Made by a program: the position numbers and the translations under genes. Source: Macrostomum lignano (lineage: Eukaryota). Taken from it: a DNA stretch of 32,023 bases. The notes below the pieces were generated by a model. That model did not search any database. It saw nothing but the letters and a program-made list of their open reading frames with translations, and was not told where the DNA came from. The stretch spans positions 1 through 32,023 of the forward strand of contig NIVC01003043.1 of the NCBI GenBank assembly GCA_002269645.1, written 5' to 3'. Shown in pieces: positions 1 through 12,400 of this stretch (positions are counted from its first letter, which is position 1; each line of letters begins with the position of its first letter).

Positions 1-764
1 CCCGCCGTCCTCCGATCGCAGACGGCGTACTGGACTCTTCGACCCAACCTGCGCGCGGTCAGCGTCCAGGGCATTCAAGATGTTCTTGTCCAGCGCAACA
101 TCATTAGCACGGCTACCAGACTGAGCTCATCGCCGGTGTACAATCGTCCAGCCTCATCAACTCGTTCAATTGCACCGAAAACTATTGGGGCAGCGTCGAT
201 ATCGAAGTGATCGCGATCGAGAATATTTGACTACGACAGCTGGAACAATTTCGCCGTGGCCGATTTCAGCCGCTATCTGACCACCGAGTCTCTGGACTCT
301 CCGGTCAGCTCGGCGTCATACCGCCAGGACCATCGATTTCAATCGGCCATTCGGCGGCCGAATCGCGCGGGACACTCGGCTGCAGTGGCGCCGGACGCCC
401 TACCTGGTGAATCGGGACATCACGGTGATGCCCGGTGCCACTCTCAGCATCGATGCGGGTTGAGCTGCAATTCTATCCCAATGTCGGCATGCTGGTGCTG
501 GGCCGCATCGACGCAATGGGCTCCTACAACTCCCCATCAAAATGCGTCCTGTTGTCAAGGCGGCAGCGGCTGCAGCCGGACGGAAGCGTCGAAACGTCGC
601 GACACGACAACTAGCTCAACAGCCGAGTACTTCGCCAAGTACACGGAGCCGGAGTCCAGCAAAGGCGGCGTGAAAGTGTCGCTTGAACGGAACGGCATTC
701 GGCTGGTGGCTGGCCGAATTGCTAACGAAGGATTTCTGCAGTTTTATAACACCTCGGCGGCCAG
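1..764 (+). CDS. bark: Bark beetle/Anakonda-like protein, coding exon A (5'-partial; beta-helix repeat end and linker; about 5 frameshifts)
   Basis: Frame-corrected translation: NCTENYWGSVDIEVI..SRIFDYDSWNNFAVADFSRYL..PFGGRI..TPYLVNRDITVMPGATLSIDAGVELQFYPNVGMLVLGRIDAMGSYNSPIKMRP, the repeat unit typical of Bark beetle proteins. Donor AG|GTGAGT at 764/765, phase 2. Confidence 0.8.
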
Positions 765-1422
765 GTGAGTGATAGATGCTTAATATGGTTCTGAGGTCTT
801 TACCTCTGATCTCAAACTACAAGTAGCAGTCTTTTCTTACTACTCTTTAGTAGGTGGGTAGTAGGCGATCTCTTATAACGACCTTTTTGTAGCAGTAGTT
901 ATAGGCACAGGTATTGCTTTTGTCAGCTAAGATGATAATGGATGATCCACTGCACTCGGCCATAGACAATAAGGCCAATCAAGCAGGCAGCTCGCAACTC
1001 CAAGCATGCTGTCTCCTACAGGCTGCGGCCCAAGCCAGCTGTTAAAGGCTCTGCTCTCTGGTTTAAAAAGACAATCAAGTAGAGAATTACAAAGCAAGTT
1101 GGAGTTAAAACAAATGGGCTCGGATTTTCTTAGAATTTTCATAACTTTTTTATCATTGCGGCAGCTTATTGTTTTATGCATGATTTTTTTGCGAATAATA
1201 TCTGTGTTGTGATTTGTTCGCGGCTTTTTTCTATGGTCAAACCCGATAAATTTGCAGTCTCATGACAAAATTCGCATTCAATTTGCGTTGCATATGCCCA
1301 AAGTAATAAGCAACGAACAGGCGATTTTTTTACTGTATAGTTAGCGAGTGTAGATAAAATGGTACACTAGGACTCGAACCAGGGTCCTCTTACTAATCCC
1401 TTTGCTGCCGCTCCTAATCCAG

Positions 1423-2718
1423 ATGGGACATTGTCTGCGACACCAGTTCTCCGAAGAGGTCGGCCGCGTCGTCTGTCGCGAGCTCGGCGTCGAGACCTTC
1501 AACGTGATCGTCCGGGAGACCTATCTGTACGATCACTACGTGTACGGCTTCGATAATCAGTTTGTGCGCAAGTACTTCTGGATGCGAACCTACAATTGCA
1601 AAGGCACGCGAGCTCAGCCGGGCTGAGTGCACCGAGCGGCTGAACTACGACTCGCTGATGTGCGGCCGCCGCCGCGGCTACGTGTTCCTCCGCTGCGGCC
1701 AGTCGAATCTGCAGCCGGGCGAGACCTACTGGGGCAGCATCCGGGTTGCTCATCCGGCCATTGAGCAGTCCAACCCCATCACCGGCAAGCCGTCTCAGTT
1801 TCGCTACGTGAACATCTACGGCGCGGGCGTGCTGCACAAGCAGAAGGTGGCGGCAATCCAGACCACCTATCAGTACCCGCTGTTTGACACGGTCACCATT
1901 AGCACTGCGCCAGCGATGGCTATAAAATCATTGCGCCAAGGCAGTTCGTCCGAGTCGCCAACACCACCGTCCGCGACAACCTCGGCACCGGCTATTCAAT
2001 CATCGTCTTGAACGGCGACTCGGCAAACCCGGAGACTACGCCTTTGTGAGCTTCAATCCTCTGGTTGAGAGCAGCATACCGTATACCTGGTCGGCCTGGT
2101 GGACATCTGCGACAGGCGCAAGGATATTGTTGTCGTTGACCGGCTGCTGGTGTTCTACAAATACTCGTACGAGACCAGGGCCTGCACTAAGCTGTTCAGA
2201 TCGCAGGTCAGCGCCAAGCGGGTGGCGCTGCGGTTCCTCCAGATCCAGCTCTACTACGATCCGTTCAGCAAGAACTCAATAGAACTGTTCAACGGAGACC
2301 GCTTTAACACTACTGAACTGCTGGCCTCATCTCGGCGGCCAATATGACCAGTTCAGATGACCGGAGGAGAACATTCAGAACCAGGCCAGCCTATGACACA
2401 ATGGGCGTACACATTCACGCGTCCAGCGCCGCTCCGACTAACGGTTTCATTGCCGAGGTGGTCACCCTGCCGCTTAGTCCGGACAAGACCTACCCGGATC
2501 TGAACAACTTCATGGAGCACTACGTCAGACAGTCCGTGTTTACCGGCAACCAAGAAGGCGGAGTTCACTATAGAGGAGTTGGCGAGATTAATCCCGACTT
2601 TGTGGCGCATTTCAATCAGTTTGAGCGGAACGGATTGGACATATTGAATCTAACTAGCAGGCCAGTGCTGTTTGCGCAGATGCAGAATGGCCGCTATCTG
2701 GATGTGTCTAATAATTTG
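1423..2718 (+). CDS. bark: Bark beetle/Anakonda-like protein, coding exon B (SRCR domain, beta-helix segment, CUB-like region; about 5 frameshifts)
   Basis: Acceptor CTAATCCAG at 1422; phase-2 join gives R-WDIVCDHQFSEEVGRVVCRELG (SRCR signature), then YVFLRCG, WGSIRVAHP, GLVDICD..KDIVVVDRLLVFYKY. Donor TTG|GTGAGC at 2718/2719, phase 0. Confidence 0.8.
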
Positions 2719-2726
2719 GTGAGCAC

Positions 2727-3113
2727 TATCTGAGGTATCTGAAGCCTCCCTATCTGAGGCATCTGAAGCCCCCCTATCTGAGGTATCTGAAGCCTCCCTA
2801 TCTGAGGTATCTGAAGCCTCCCTATCTGAGGTATCTGAAGCCCCCCTATCTGAGGTATCTGAAGCCCCTTATCTGAGGTATCTGAAGCCCCCTTATCTGA
2901 GGTATCTGAAGCCTCCCTATCTGAGGTATCTGAAGCCTCCCTATCTGAGGTATCTGAAGCCTCCCTATCTGAGGTATCTGAAGCCCCCTATCTGAGGTAT
3001 CTGAAGCCCCCTATCTGAGGTATCTGAAGCCCCCTATCTGAGGTATCTGAAGCCTCCCTATCTGAGGCATCTGAAGCCCCCCTATCTGAGGCATCTGAAG
3101 CCCCCTCTCTGAG
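2727..3113. repeat. Minisatellite, 23-24 bp unit (TATCTGAGGTATCTGAAGCCTCCC), about 16 copies, filling bark intron 2
   Basis: Directly visible tandem array; each unit contains two TATCTGA sub-repeats. Confidence 0.97.
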
Positions 3114-3192
3114 TCGTCTCAAAAGTCTCGAAGGTCTCAACTAGCTACGTTATTATCATACGTGACTAATTGGTACCTCGCCAATCTGTCAG

Positions 3193-5218
3193 GTGCTGAA
3201 CAACTTCGGCGGTCTGCAATTCGACATGTGGTCCACCGGCCTGTCCAAGTCGGCCAAGTCCAACATCACCAACAACGCTATCATTCGCAACACGCACGGC
3301 GGCGCCCTGTGGATCAGCGGCAATCACTACAATATGTTCAAAGTTACCAACAATTTCTTCGAATCCAACGTTGCCGAGATGCGCGATTTAGTCAGCATCC
3401 AGGGCGTCCTGATGAAGCCGTTCGCTAGGAACTACTTCCACCGCAATGTTGCCGGCTATATTATGAATGCGTCGGGGTACGAGGACCTGTCCACCAAGTC
3501 GGAGTTCTCCTGGAACGGCTTCTACCAGAACCAGGCGCTGAACTGGACGCGCCGGTCCACCATCTTCCTCGGCAGCACGAAGCACCAGTTCCGGCATAAT
3601 TACTTCCGCAACCTGGCTAATAACTTCGAGATCGCCACGGGCAACATGTCAATCATTCGGACAGCCGATATTGACACGAACGGAAACTGCCTGGCGGAGG
3701 CCTGGTTCTGCAAAGAGGGCTGGTCAAGCGCCTGGAGTTCAACAAGTGCATCTGCTATCGGCGCGACACGGTTGACGCTCGCTACAACTGGTGGGGCGAG
3801 CCGTACAGCTTCTACGCGCCCGGCCGGCTGTGGGACAACTCCGATGACCCGTACATAATCGGCATTGACTACAGCAACTACTACACTGACAACAGCTCGG
3901 TGCTGGAGAGTCCCCAGTGCCCGCCAACGTCAAACGTGTCCGCCGGCAACTGCTATTGGTGGTTCGGCGCTCCGCTCACCTACAATCGGGCTAAACTGTT
4001 CTGCCAAAATGAGATCGGCGGCGTCATGGGCGACAGTCGGGACAGCGTCAGCTTCATGACCGCCCTGATGGCCAGCAGTCAGAATAATTACGATTGGATC
4101 AATCGGTACGCTTGGACAACTCGTGGCTGGGTCTACAGCGAGCAGCCGTTCCCGGCCGCCTGTCCGGTTGTCCGCAACAACTGGCTGGAAGGCTTCCCCT
4201 GCGACACGGCCACATCGTTCTTCTGCCAGGTGTCACCGTCTGGCACCCTGCGGACTATGGAGACGGCCGTGCTGGCATCCATCAGCTCAATCCTGGCGCT
4301 GTTCCTCCTTCTGGCGCTGGTGCTGCTAATTCTATGGGCCTACAAGTCGCGCCAGCGCCAGAAAGCACGCATGGTCAGGCGCGAGAACTATCGGGCCTCC
4401 ACGAAGTCGTCGCGAAGCGCCGCCGGAGCTTTCGGCACCGCCGTCACCCAGCACGAGTACCTGAGCGGCGGTCGCGCAGCAACACAGGTCTGGGCTTCTA
4501 CACTCTGCAGAGCGGCCTTCCCATGTCCGACTATCGACCCCCGGCCGACGCGCAGTCAGTGGTAACCGGCCTGACCGTAGGCGGGCTCGGCCCGGCCGGC
4601 CGGCGCGAGTCGGACCGAGGCATCCGGCTGGCTGACACTGTGGACACGCTGGACCGCGCTAAAGTTGAAGAGCTGCAGAGCGCATCCTCGGCCACTAGCT
4701 CGGACGGCTCGTCCTCCGTCTACAGGCCGTCGCTGGCCGGTCCGGCCACCACGCTTAGCGGCAGCCGGCGGTTCATGATCGAGAACCAGATCCCGGAGGC
4801 CGACACTCCGCAGCTCAGCGGCGCCGCGGCCGCCGCGCCGGCTCGAATCCGAATGGGCACAGGCGGCGCCGGCGCCGGGCCGCCCGACCACATGCGGCGC
4901 AACAAGCTCACCCTGTCCCGGCCGGCCACCAACCCCATGCAGACGCGCCACCCGCAGGCCGCTCCGCCGAACGTGACGGAGCCGCAGCCGCCTGCTCAGC
5001 CTCCTCGGCAGCGAGGTCACTTCGACTCCGAGTTCGAGGACGACGATGACGATGACGACCAGGAAGGAAAGACGTCCAGCGACGAGCTGACGCCAACAAC
5101 CGGACAGCAGCCGCAGCCGCAGTCTCGGCCAGCCTATCTGCATCAGCCGCGCCGGAGTCTGGGACGGACAGCTGACGATGTTCGGCGATTCGCCTCAGCC
5201 GGCGAGTCGGACATTTGA
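3193..5218 (+). CDS. bark: Bark beetle/Anakonda-like protein, terminal exon (PbH1 repeats, C-type lectin-like domain, TM helix, disordered cytoplasmic tail; 2 frameshifts)
   Basis: Acceptor CTGTCAG at 3192, phase 0 matches exon B. Contains NN-rich beta-helix repeats, VDARYNWWG, a CTLD (NCYWWFGAPLTYNRAKLFCQ...FPCDTATSFFCQ), a hydrophobic helix AVLASISSILALFLLLALVLLILW followed by basic KSRQRQK, and ends ESDI-stop. Frameshifts near 3733 and 4475. Confidence 0.8.
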
Positions 5219-6179
5219 GATTGAATGATGTTGCAGAGAAGAAAGGGTTAGTTAATGACACTGAGTTAATGTTGACAGGCCGCCTGACTGAACCATGCGA
5301 TTTTAAGCATTTGTTTATCAAATGACGATTCGGTTTAATAAATCATGTTTAACCTGATGCTGGCGCATGATTAGGTCAGGCTAGGCGGTAGGCTGCCGTG
5401 TTTATTATTATGGTTTACCAATCGCTGTGACCATTGCGGCATGTGCAATGGTTTCTACAAAAATCGTGCTTTAATTTAATGACTTAATTTGTTTTGTAAG
5501 TCATTTTACTGAAGGATACCTTGCAAGCACACGATTTTTTAAATCTATGCCTACTTTCAGTAGTAATTTATTTATATTATCTACACTCTGCTACCAACTA
5601 TAGCTATGTATACATTCCAATTTTATAAGCAGTATGCATGTTTATTGTTTTATTTACGATTGTCGCTTACATTCCCAGTTCGTGCTGTCTTGCTTAATCT
5701 TATTATTGCTAAGTTTTATTAGTTTTCGAATTTTTTATGTTTTTTTTATATTTTCCAGTGCTGTGCTGTTCCGTACTTTGTCTATTTGACTTTTGGTTTG
5801 ATTGTCTTCTCTGCAGACTCATTTTGACATATCCTCCATTGTCATAAGTTTTGTAAATCGAACGTGTAGTTCAGTTCCTATTTGCTTGCTACATGTAATT
5901 CCATTTGTTGATGGATATATTTACAAAAATTGCGCACATACAATACAGGGTCTGCTTGCCCTCTTGCACTTTTAATGAACTTAAACAATCTGATCCGTGT
6001 ATAGTGTGTGTTTTCTAGTTTTTTTTATTGATTAATTCTTTCCATTCCAATAGCACCCGTGTTATCGTCCACTGTCCCGCCAGCATATCAGTATCTTCTG
6101 TGGAATTTTTAGGCTTTTTGCTAGCTTTTCTTTTTAATAGCCAGTGGAGTTATCAAAGCTGACTATGATTATTAGGGCG

Positions 6180-7217
6180 CGAGGGTTTATTGCTAGCTCC
6201 GCTCACAGGGGTTGGGGGTTAAAAACGGCTGCTGGTGATAAGAGTGTAAGGGTTTATTGCTAGCTCCGCGCACAGTGGGTGGGGGTTAAAAATGGCTGCT
6301 GGTGATAAGAGTGTAAGGGTTTATTGCTAGCTCCGCGCACAGTGGGTGGAGGTTAAAAACGGCTGCTGGTGATAAGAGTGTAAGGGTTTATTGCTAGCTC
6401 CGCGCACAGTGAGTGGGGGTTAAAAACGGCTGCTGGTGATAAGAGTGTAAGGGTTTATTGCTAGCTCCGCGCACAGTGGGTGGGGGTTAAAAACGGCTGC
6501 TGGTGATAAGAGTGTAAGGGTTTATTGCTAGCTCCGCGCACAGTGGGTGGGGGTTAAAAACGGCTGCTGGTGATAAGAGTGTAAGGGTTTATTGCTAGCT
6601 CCGCGCACAGTGAGTGGGGTTAAAAACGGCTGCTGGTGATAAGAGTGTAAAGGTTTATTGCTAGCTCCGCGCACAGTGAGTGGGGGTTAAAAACGGCTGC
6701 TGGTGATAAGAGTGTAAGGGTTTATTGCTAGCTCCGCGCACAGTGAGTGGGGGTTAAAAACGGCTGCTGGTGATAAGAGTGTAAGGGTTTATTGCTAGCT
6801 CCGCGCACAGTGAGTGGGGGTTAAAAACGGCTGCTGGTGATAAGAGTGTAAAGGTTTATTGCTAGCTCCGCGCACAGTGAGTGGGGGTTAAAAACGGCTG
6901 CTGGTGATAAGAGTGTAAGGGTTTATTGCTAGCTCCGCGCACAGTGGGTGGGGGTTAAAAACGGCTGCTGGTGATAAGAGTGTAAGGGTTTCTTGCTAGC
7001 TCCGCGCACAGTGAGTGGGGGTTAAAAACGGCTGCTGGTGATAAGAGTGTAAGGGTTTATTGCTAGCTCCGCGCACAGTGAGTGGGGGTTAAAAACGGCT
7101 GCTGGTGATAAGAGTGTAAAGGTTTATTGCTAGCTCCGCGCACAGTGAGTGGGGGTTAAAAACGGCTGCTGGTGATAAGAGTGTAAGGGTTTCTTACACT
7201 TAAGAGTGTAAGGGTTT
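6180..7217. repeat. Minisatellite, 67-bp unit, about 15 copies
   Basis: Unit AAGAGTGTAAGGGTTTATTGCTAGCTCCGCGCACAGTGAGTGGGGGTTAAAAACGGCTGCTGGTGAT; period confirmed from starts at 6240 and 6307. Confidence 0.97.
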
Positions 7218-9404
7218 ATCCCAGTTATAAAGGTTCTTCATTTAACTCTGCAACCGATGACATAACAGAGCAACCACTGTACTTGTACTGCGCTGCGTAC
7301 AATCTTCAATATATTTCTACACTTTCTTCAACTTCATTCCAAAGTCGGCTTCATTCCAAAGTTAACAACACTTGCCTGTACCGATAATGTATGCCTTGCA
7401 ATGAAAAATTTAAAATTATTAATAATAAAATTTGTGAGCTACCAATTACAAGCTGCTGCTGTATAAAAGTATACTCTGTCCTTAATTGTCAGGTAGCTAA
7501 GGCATAGTAATCTGCCAATAAATTATATCTTAATTCTTCACTGCGCATTGCTTACTTTTTTCCGTGGCCTTAATCCCCTTCTCTACTGGCTGCTTTCACT
7601 CGGGGGAATTAATTAATATAAATCTCATATTTAATTACCACGAGCCGCCATCAGGTTTGTGTCTAAGTGTCTGTGTGCGCTCTTGTGTTTTCGGTGTAAT
7701 GTATCACCTTTTTTAATTTAATCTCCCGCTTGGAGAGCGGACCCATGCACCTGCGCTACGAATTAATCAAAGCAAGGAACTTGAAGGCACCTGACATTGC
7801 GCTGGCCGCCCCATGCTGAGGCGGTGGGAGGGGTGAACACGACGAGACAGAAAGGGAAATGAGGCGAGACAGGAATTCCAGGAAACAGCCTTGAAGAGAG
7901 GGGATTTTCAATTAAGGGAGGCTTTGCAAGAATTTTTTTGCTACTACCCCTTTCCCTCTTTCATCTCGATATTTTATCATCTTATCGGCTCTGAAGGGAG
8001 AGCGAAGACCATCAAATATTCCCTTTGCTCGAATTTGATTAAATCCGGTCTCCTTCCCCCTGTCACCTGCATCCGTGTGTGAGTCTGGTCTGTGAATCTG
8101 AGATAGGCCCGAGTCCTGGACTTTTCCTGGCACACCTTTGCTTGCCTATCACTTGGCTGGCTCACCTCGCTAAGCTGCAATCATCCAACTCGCCTGTTGC
8201 TTGCGCGAGTATGAGAATTTTAAAGCGATAAATTAAGTTTGAATGTCGAGCACTTTGATGGCGCATTGTTGCATAGCAGTACCAATGAGGAAAATAAAAC
8301 CTCTGAGGAAGATCTCTGAGGAAGAGGAACCTCTGAGGAAGATCTCTTCGATGTATACTCAGCAACATTGAAAAGTCGCCACCCTTTGTCCCTGTGAGCA
8401 GTGTCTTTCGGCCAGCGTTTATCAACTGGCCAACCATTTTGATATTAAAAATGCTTGAAAAAAACAATGACAACCGGGCGGAAGTTTCAATCCATCCAAT
8501 CTTCGCTTTCCGCTCTTCCCAAAGCCTCCTCACCCAGCTCAACTCTGTGTTGCGTGGCCCAAGTTGCGTCACTCAAAAGTCAATAACAACAACAACAAAA
8601 TACGCGACCCCGCATGCACAGTCACAGTTAGAGCAGGGCGCGTCATGACGCGCCGCAGAGCCTGGGAGCAAACAAAGTCCGCGCTCCGTTGGCAGTGTCG
8701 GGCGCCCCAGCGTCGCACAGCAGGCAGTCCACGTATCGACGGGTTCGGGCCTGACCCCGCCTGAACGGACCCTAAGGTGAGCAGCAGGACGTCCTGAACA
8801 GGTTGGGGGCAGTAGCCCTCGGCCCGGATCACGTGACCCGCCAGTTGAGGTCGCCGCCGGCGCAGAATGATGGACGGGCGCTGCAGCTTGGCCCGATCGT
8901 ACAGGGCCTCGGTTCCGACGCTCTCGTCAGCTCGAAAGGCCGCACAGAGCAGCCCTGAGTGCGCGGAGTCCAGCTGCCGCTCTAGCGTAGCCGTCAGCGT
9001 CCACGTCTCGGCGTTGTATAGCAGGACGGTTTCGACCACCGCCTGTCACAGCCGAGCCCTCTGGCGGTCGGGCAGCGCTTCGGACTGGAGGACAGCTCGG
9101 ATCGAACGAAAGGCGCCCAGGCAAGTCCTCTGCGCCACCGGAGGTCTTCTTCCACGTGGGGCACCAGACCGCCGAGGTAGGTGAACCGCTGACAGCGTGC
9201 GAGCCTGGTCGTCTGCGCCGCGTCACGTCAGGTCCGCTGGGATGTCGGCCGGCACAGTCAGCACCTCGGTCTTCAGCGTGTTGACGATCAGACCGACGCT
9301 CGATGCCTTGACTTACTTGACTTAGCTGCAGGGCTGTCCCGGAGGGGACACAGCGGGAAGGCGCGGGCGCCCATTCCGCTAGTCCCTGAACGGCCGACGC
9401 GTCG

Positions 9405-12400
9405 CTATGGACGGAGGGTTGGCGCCGCCCAGGGAGGTCCCCCAGTGTCGCCAGCAGCTATGGTGCTCTCTGGAAAGGAGAGTTCAGCCCTGCGGGTGGC
9501 CCGAAGGTAGCGCATGAGCTGATTAAAGTTTTCGGGTTTGCACGCTTCAGTAATAGATGTGTGTGGCCCGAGGTAAGTGAGTCTGGCCCGCGTGAAGGCG
9601 GGACAGATGCTGACGAAATGCTCAGCGGTTTCGTCACCTGAGTTGCAGAAACTACAGGTGGCGTTGGTGGCGTTGCCCTGCAGGTACTGGTGCCTGGAGA
9701 AGCAGCCGTGACCAGAGAGGGTCATGGTGGCAGCCCGGATGTCTCTGCGCGAGAGGCGCAAGAGGAGCTTCCGGAGCTGGTGAGAGGGCTGAGGGACAGC
9801 GCCTCTGGATTGCCTGCAGTTCGTGCGGTTCGCCCAAGTCGAGCGGTGCTGAGTCCTGATCCACGCTTTGATGCGCGAGTCGATGACACAGCCAGGAATC
9901 GGGACAAGAGGTTCGGGGCCGAGAGAGGAGCCGGAGGCACCAACTTTTGCAAGGGTGTCAGCCAACTCATTTCCTCGGATCCCCACATGCCCCGGAACCC
10001 ACTTAAGGGTAATTTTGTTGGCGGAACCCAACACATTGAGGAGTTTGATACAGTCAAGGACTGTAGCAGAGTTGGTGCTGCAGCCACTGATGGCGTGCAA
10101 GGCAGCTTGGCTGTCCGAATGGAAAATGATGTTCTTACCAGTAACGCCAGTGGCGAGAAGCTCTGCAGTGCAGGAGCTGATGGCCAGAACTTCATTTTGG
10201 AAAACACTGGAGTTGACCCCAGTGTATTGAGCGTGGGTAGCGATGACCCTCCCGTTCAGAAAGATTCCAACACCAAAGCCGGTGTTGGCTGACTGCTTAG
10301 AACCGTCGGTGTAGCAATGAAGCTCACCAGGGTTCCAATGGTCATTGATGTTATCGCGCGAGTCGATAGCTACGGAGTAGCGCTGTCTCAGGTTGAGCGT
10401 TGAGGCAATGCCATCGGTGAAGACGCGATTGGCCTGACACTCGTTGAGAAAGTTGAGGCACAGATCGCTATGCGGGACAAGGTTCCGCTTAGCAGGTGCT
10501 CTCATGTAAATGAATTTGACGCCGGCATCAATTAGACGCCGCGTCGTTCTAGCCGCCTCACCCCTGATGAAGAGGTCAAGAGGCGGAAGATTAAGAAAGG
10601 CCCCCATGCCAGCAAAGGGCGTGGACCTGGTGGCGTTGCAGATGAGCCTACACGCTCTGCCTTGGATCGTGTTGAGCAGGTCTGCATGGCTTTTGACCTG
10701 GGTAGCGCTAACCCAGACAACAGAGGCGTACGTAATGGCAGGTCTAACTACGGAAGTATAGATCCACCAAAGCCGCTTTGGGGATAGACCCCAAGAAGTG
10801 CCAAGTGCTCGTCGGAGCTGGGCCAGGATGGCTGAGGCACGCTTAGCTTTTGCTTTCACGTGGAAGGACCAGTTGAGCCGGTGGTCAAGTGTGACCCCGA
10901 GACATCTGGTCTGGTGCGCGAAGGCAATATCTCTGCCGTAGAGCTGCAGAGGACGTATGTTCCAGCGTAGTCTGCTGGTAAACATAATGGCAACGGTTTT
11001 GGGCTCAGAGAGTTCCAAACCATTGTCATTGGCCCAGGATTCTGCTTTGCGGATAAAGCTCTGCATCAGATCCCTGAGCGTGCTGGGAGACGGTCCTGCC
11101 ACAATGGCCGTGACGTCATCAGCATACCCGACTTTGAAGACGGGGTCAGGTCGGGAGTCACTCAGAAGAGCGTCCATGACCAGGTTCCAGGCGTCGGGGT
11201 GAGGACTCCGCCTTGGGGTCCACCCTTACAGACTCTGGTGGAGGCAGTTTGCCCAAGAAGTTGGGCAGTGACCGTACGGTTGGAGATCATGTACATGATC
11301 CACCGTATGAGGGTAGCATGAGCTTTGCGATTTTGAAGGGCCCTCTGAAACGCTTCAAAGATAACGTTGTCGAAGGCGCCAACAATGTCAAGAAAGAGAG
11401 CCAGGGCGTAACCGTCACCCAGTACCGCCCGTTCAATCTTTTCGACAATCGCATGCAGGGCGCTGTCAGTCGACCTCCCGGTACGGAAGGCGTGCTGATT
11501 ATTGCTGAGGGGCATCGCTGTCAGCTCGCAGGAGAGCAGCCGCCAGAGAATAAGCCTCTCAGTGAGCTTAAGCATTGCTGACGTTAAGCTAATTGGCCGG
11601 AAGGCCTTGACGCTTTGGTAGTCACCCTTCCCAGGTTTGGGAATAAAGACTACTCGAGCTTCAGTCCAGCTTTTGGGAACGTATCCCAGCTGGATAGAGG
11701 CCCGCATAAGATTGCGGGTGAGTCTCAGGAACGAGGGTATCTTGGCTGCTTCACGAAGGAGAACAGGGTAGATACCATCAGGTCCAGGAGATTTGAAGGG
11801 TTTGAAGGTTCTGACCGCACGAGCGATTAGGTCTTCAGTGACAATGCCCGCCGCTAGGGTGGCTCCATCCATCGAATGGTTGGGCTCCGGTCTAGCAGTA
11901 GGTACCCTCGGAAGAATGTGCTAAGCATATGCTGAAGCACTTCTTCAGGGTCTTTAGTAAGAGAGCCATCATCTTTTTTGATCATGGCTAATTTGGACAT
12001 TTTGTCCATTGTAAGGGCCTTGACAAGCCTAGAAGTAGGTCTGTCTTGATCCAATTCATTGCAGAATTGGCGCCACTTACATTCCTTGGCCTTGCGCACT
12101 TCAGATTTGAAATTGCGGGAGGCTTGCCGGAAAAGCTCCATGTCCTCCGGGTTTCCGGTCTTCATGGCACGGCGATGAAGGCTTTTGGCCTTCCGCCTGA
12201 GTTTCCCCAGCTCCGGGTTCCACCACGGCGCCGAGGTCTTGCCTCTGTAGGCGCGAGCAGGACAAGCCGCTTCGTAGGCTGCAATAATGCAACCTGTCAG
12301 CGTCTCAGCCATATGATCCACATCCTCGCAGGTCTCAATCGGACGTAAGTCCGTGAGTTCCTGCAGGTGCAGATCAAGGGCAGCCTTGTAGGCCGCCCAA

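Noticed and set aside
1340-1420. Minus-strand B box GGTTCGAGTCC followed by CCA-TTTT, suggestive of a tRNA
   Set aside because: The T-stem is mismatched, there is no cloverleaf or A box, and it overlaps the branch point and acceptor region; at most a SINE or tRNA relic.
6180-7217. Regular arrays (67, 69, 33, 31 and 24 bp) that could be mistaken for CRISPR
   Set aside because: Units are head-to-tail with no unique spacers, there are no cas genes, and the context is spliced eukaryotic DNA.
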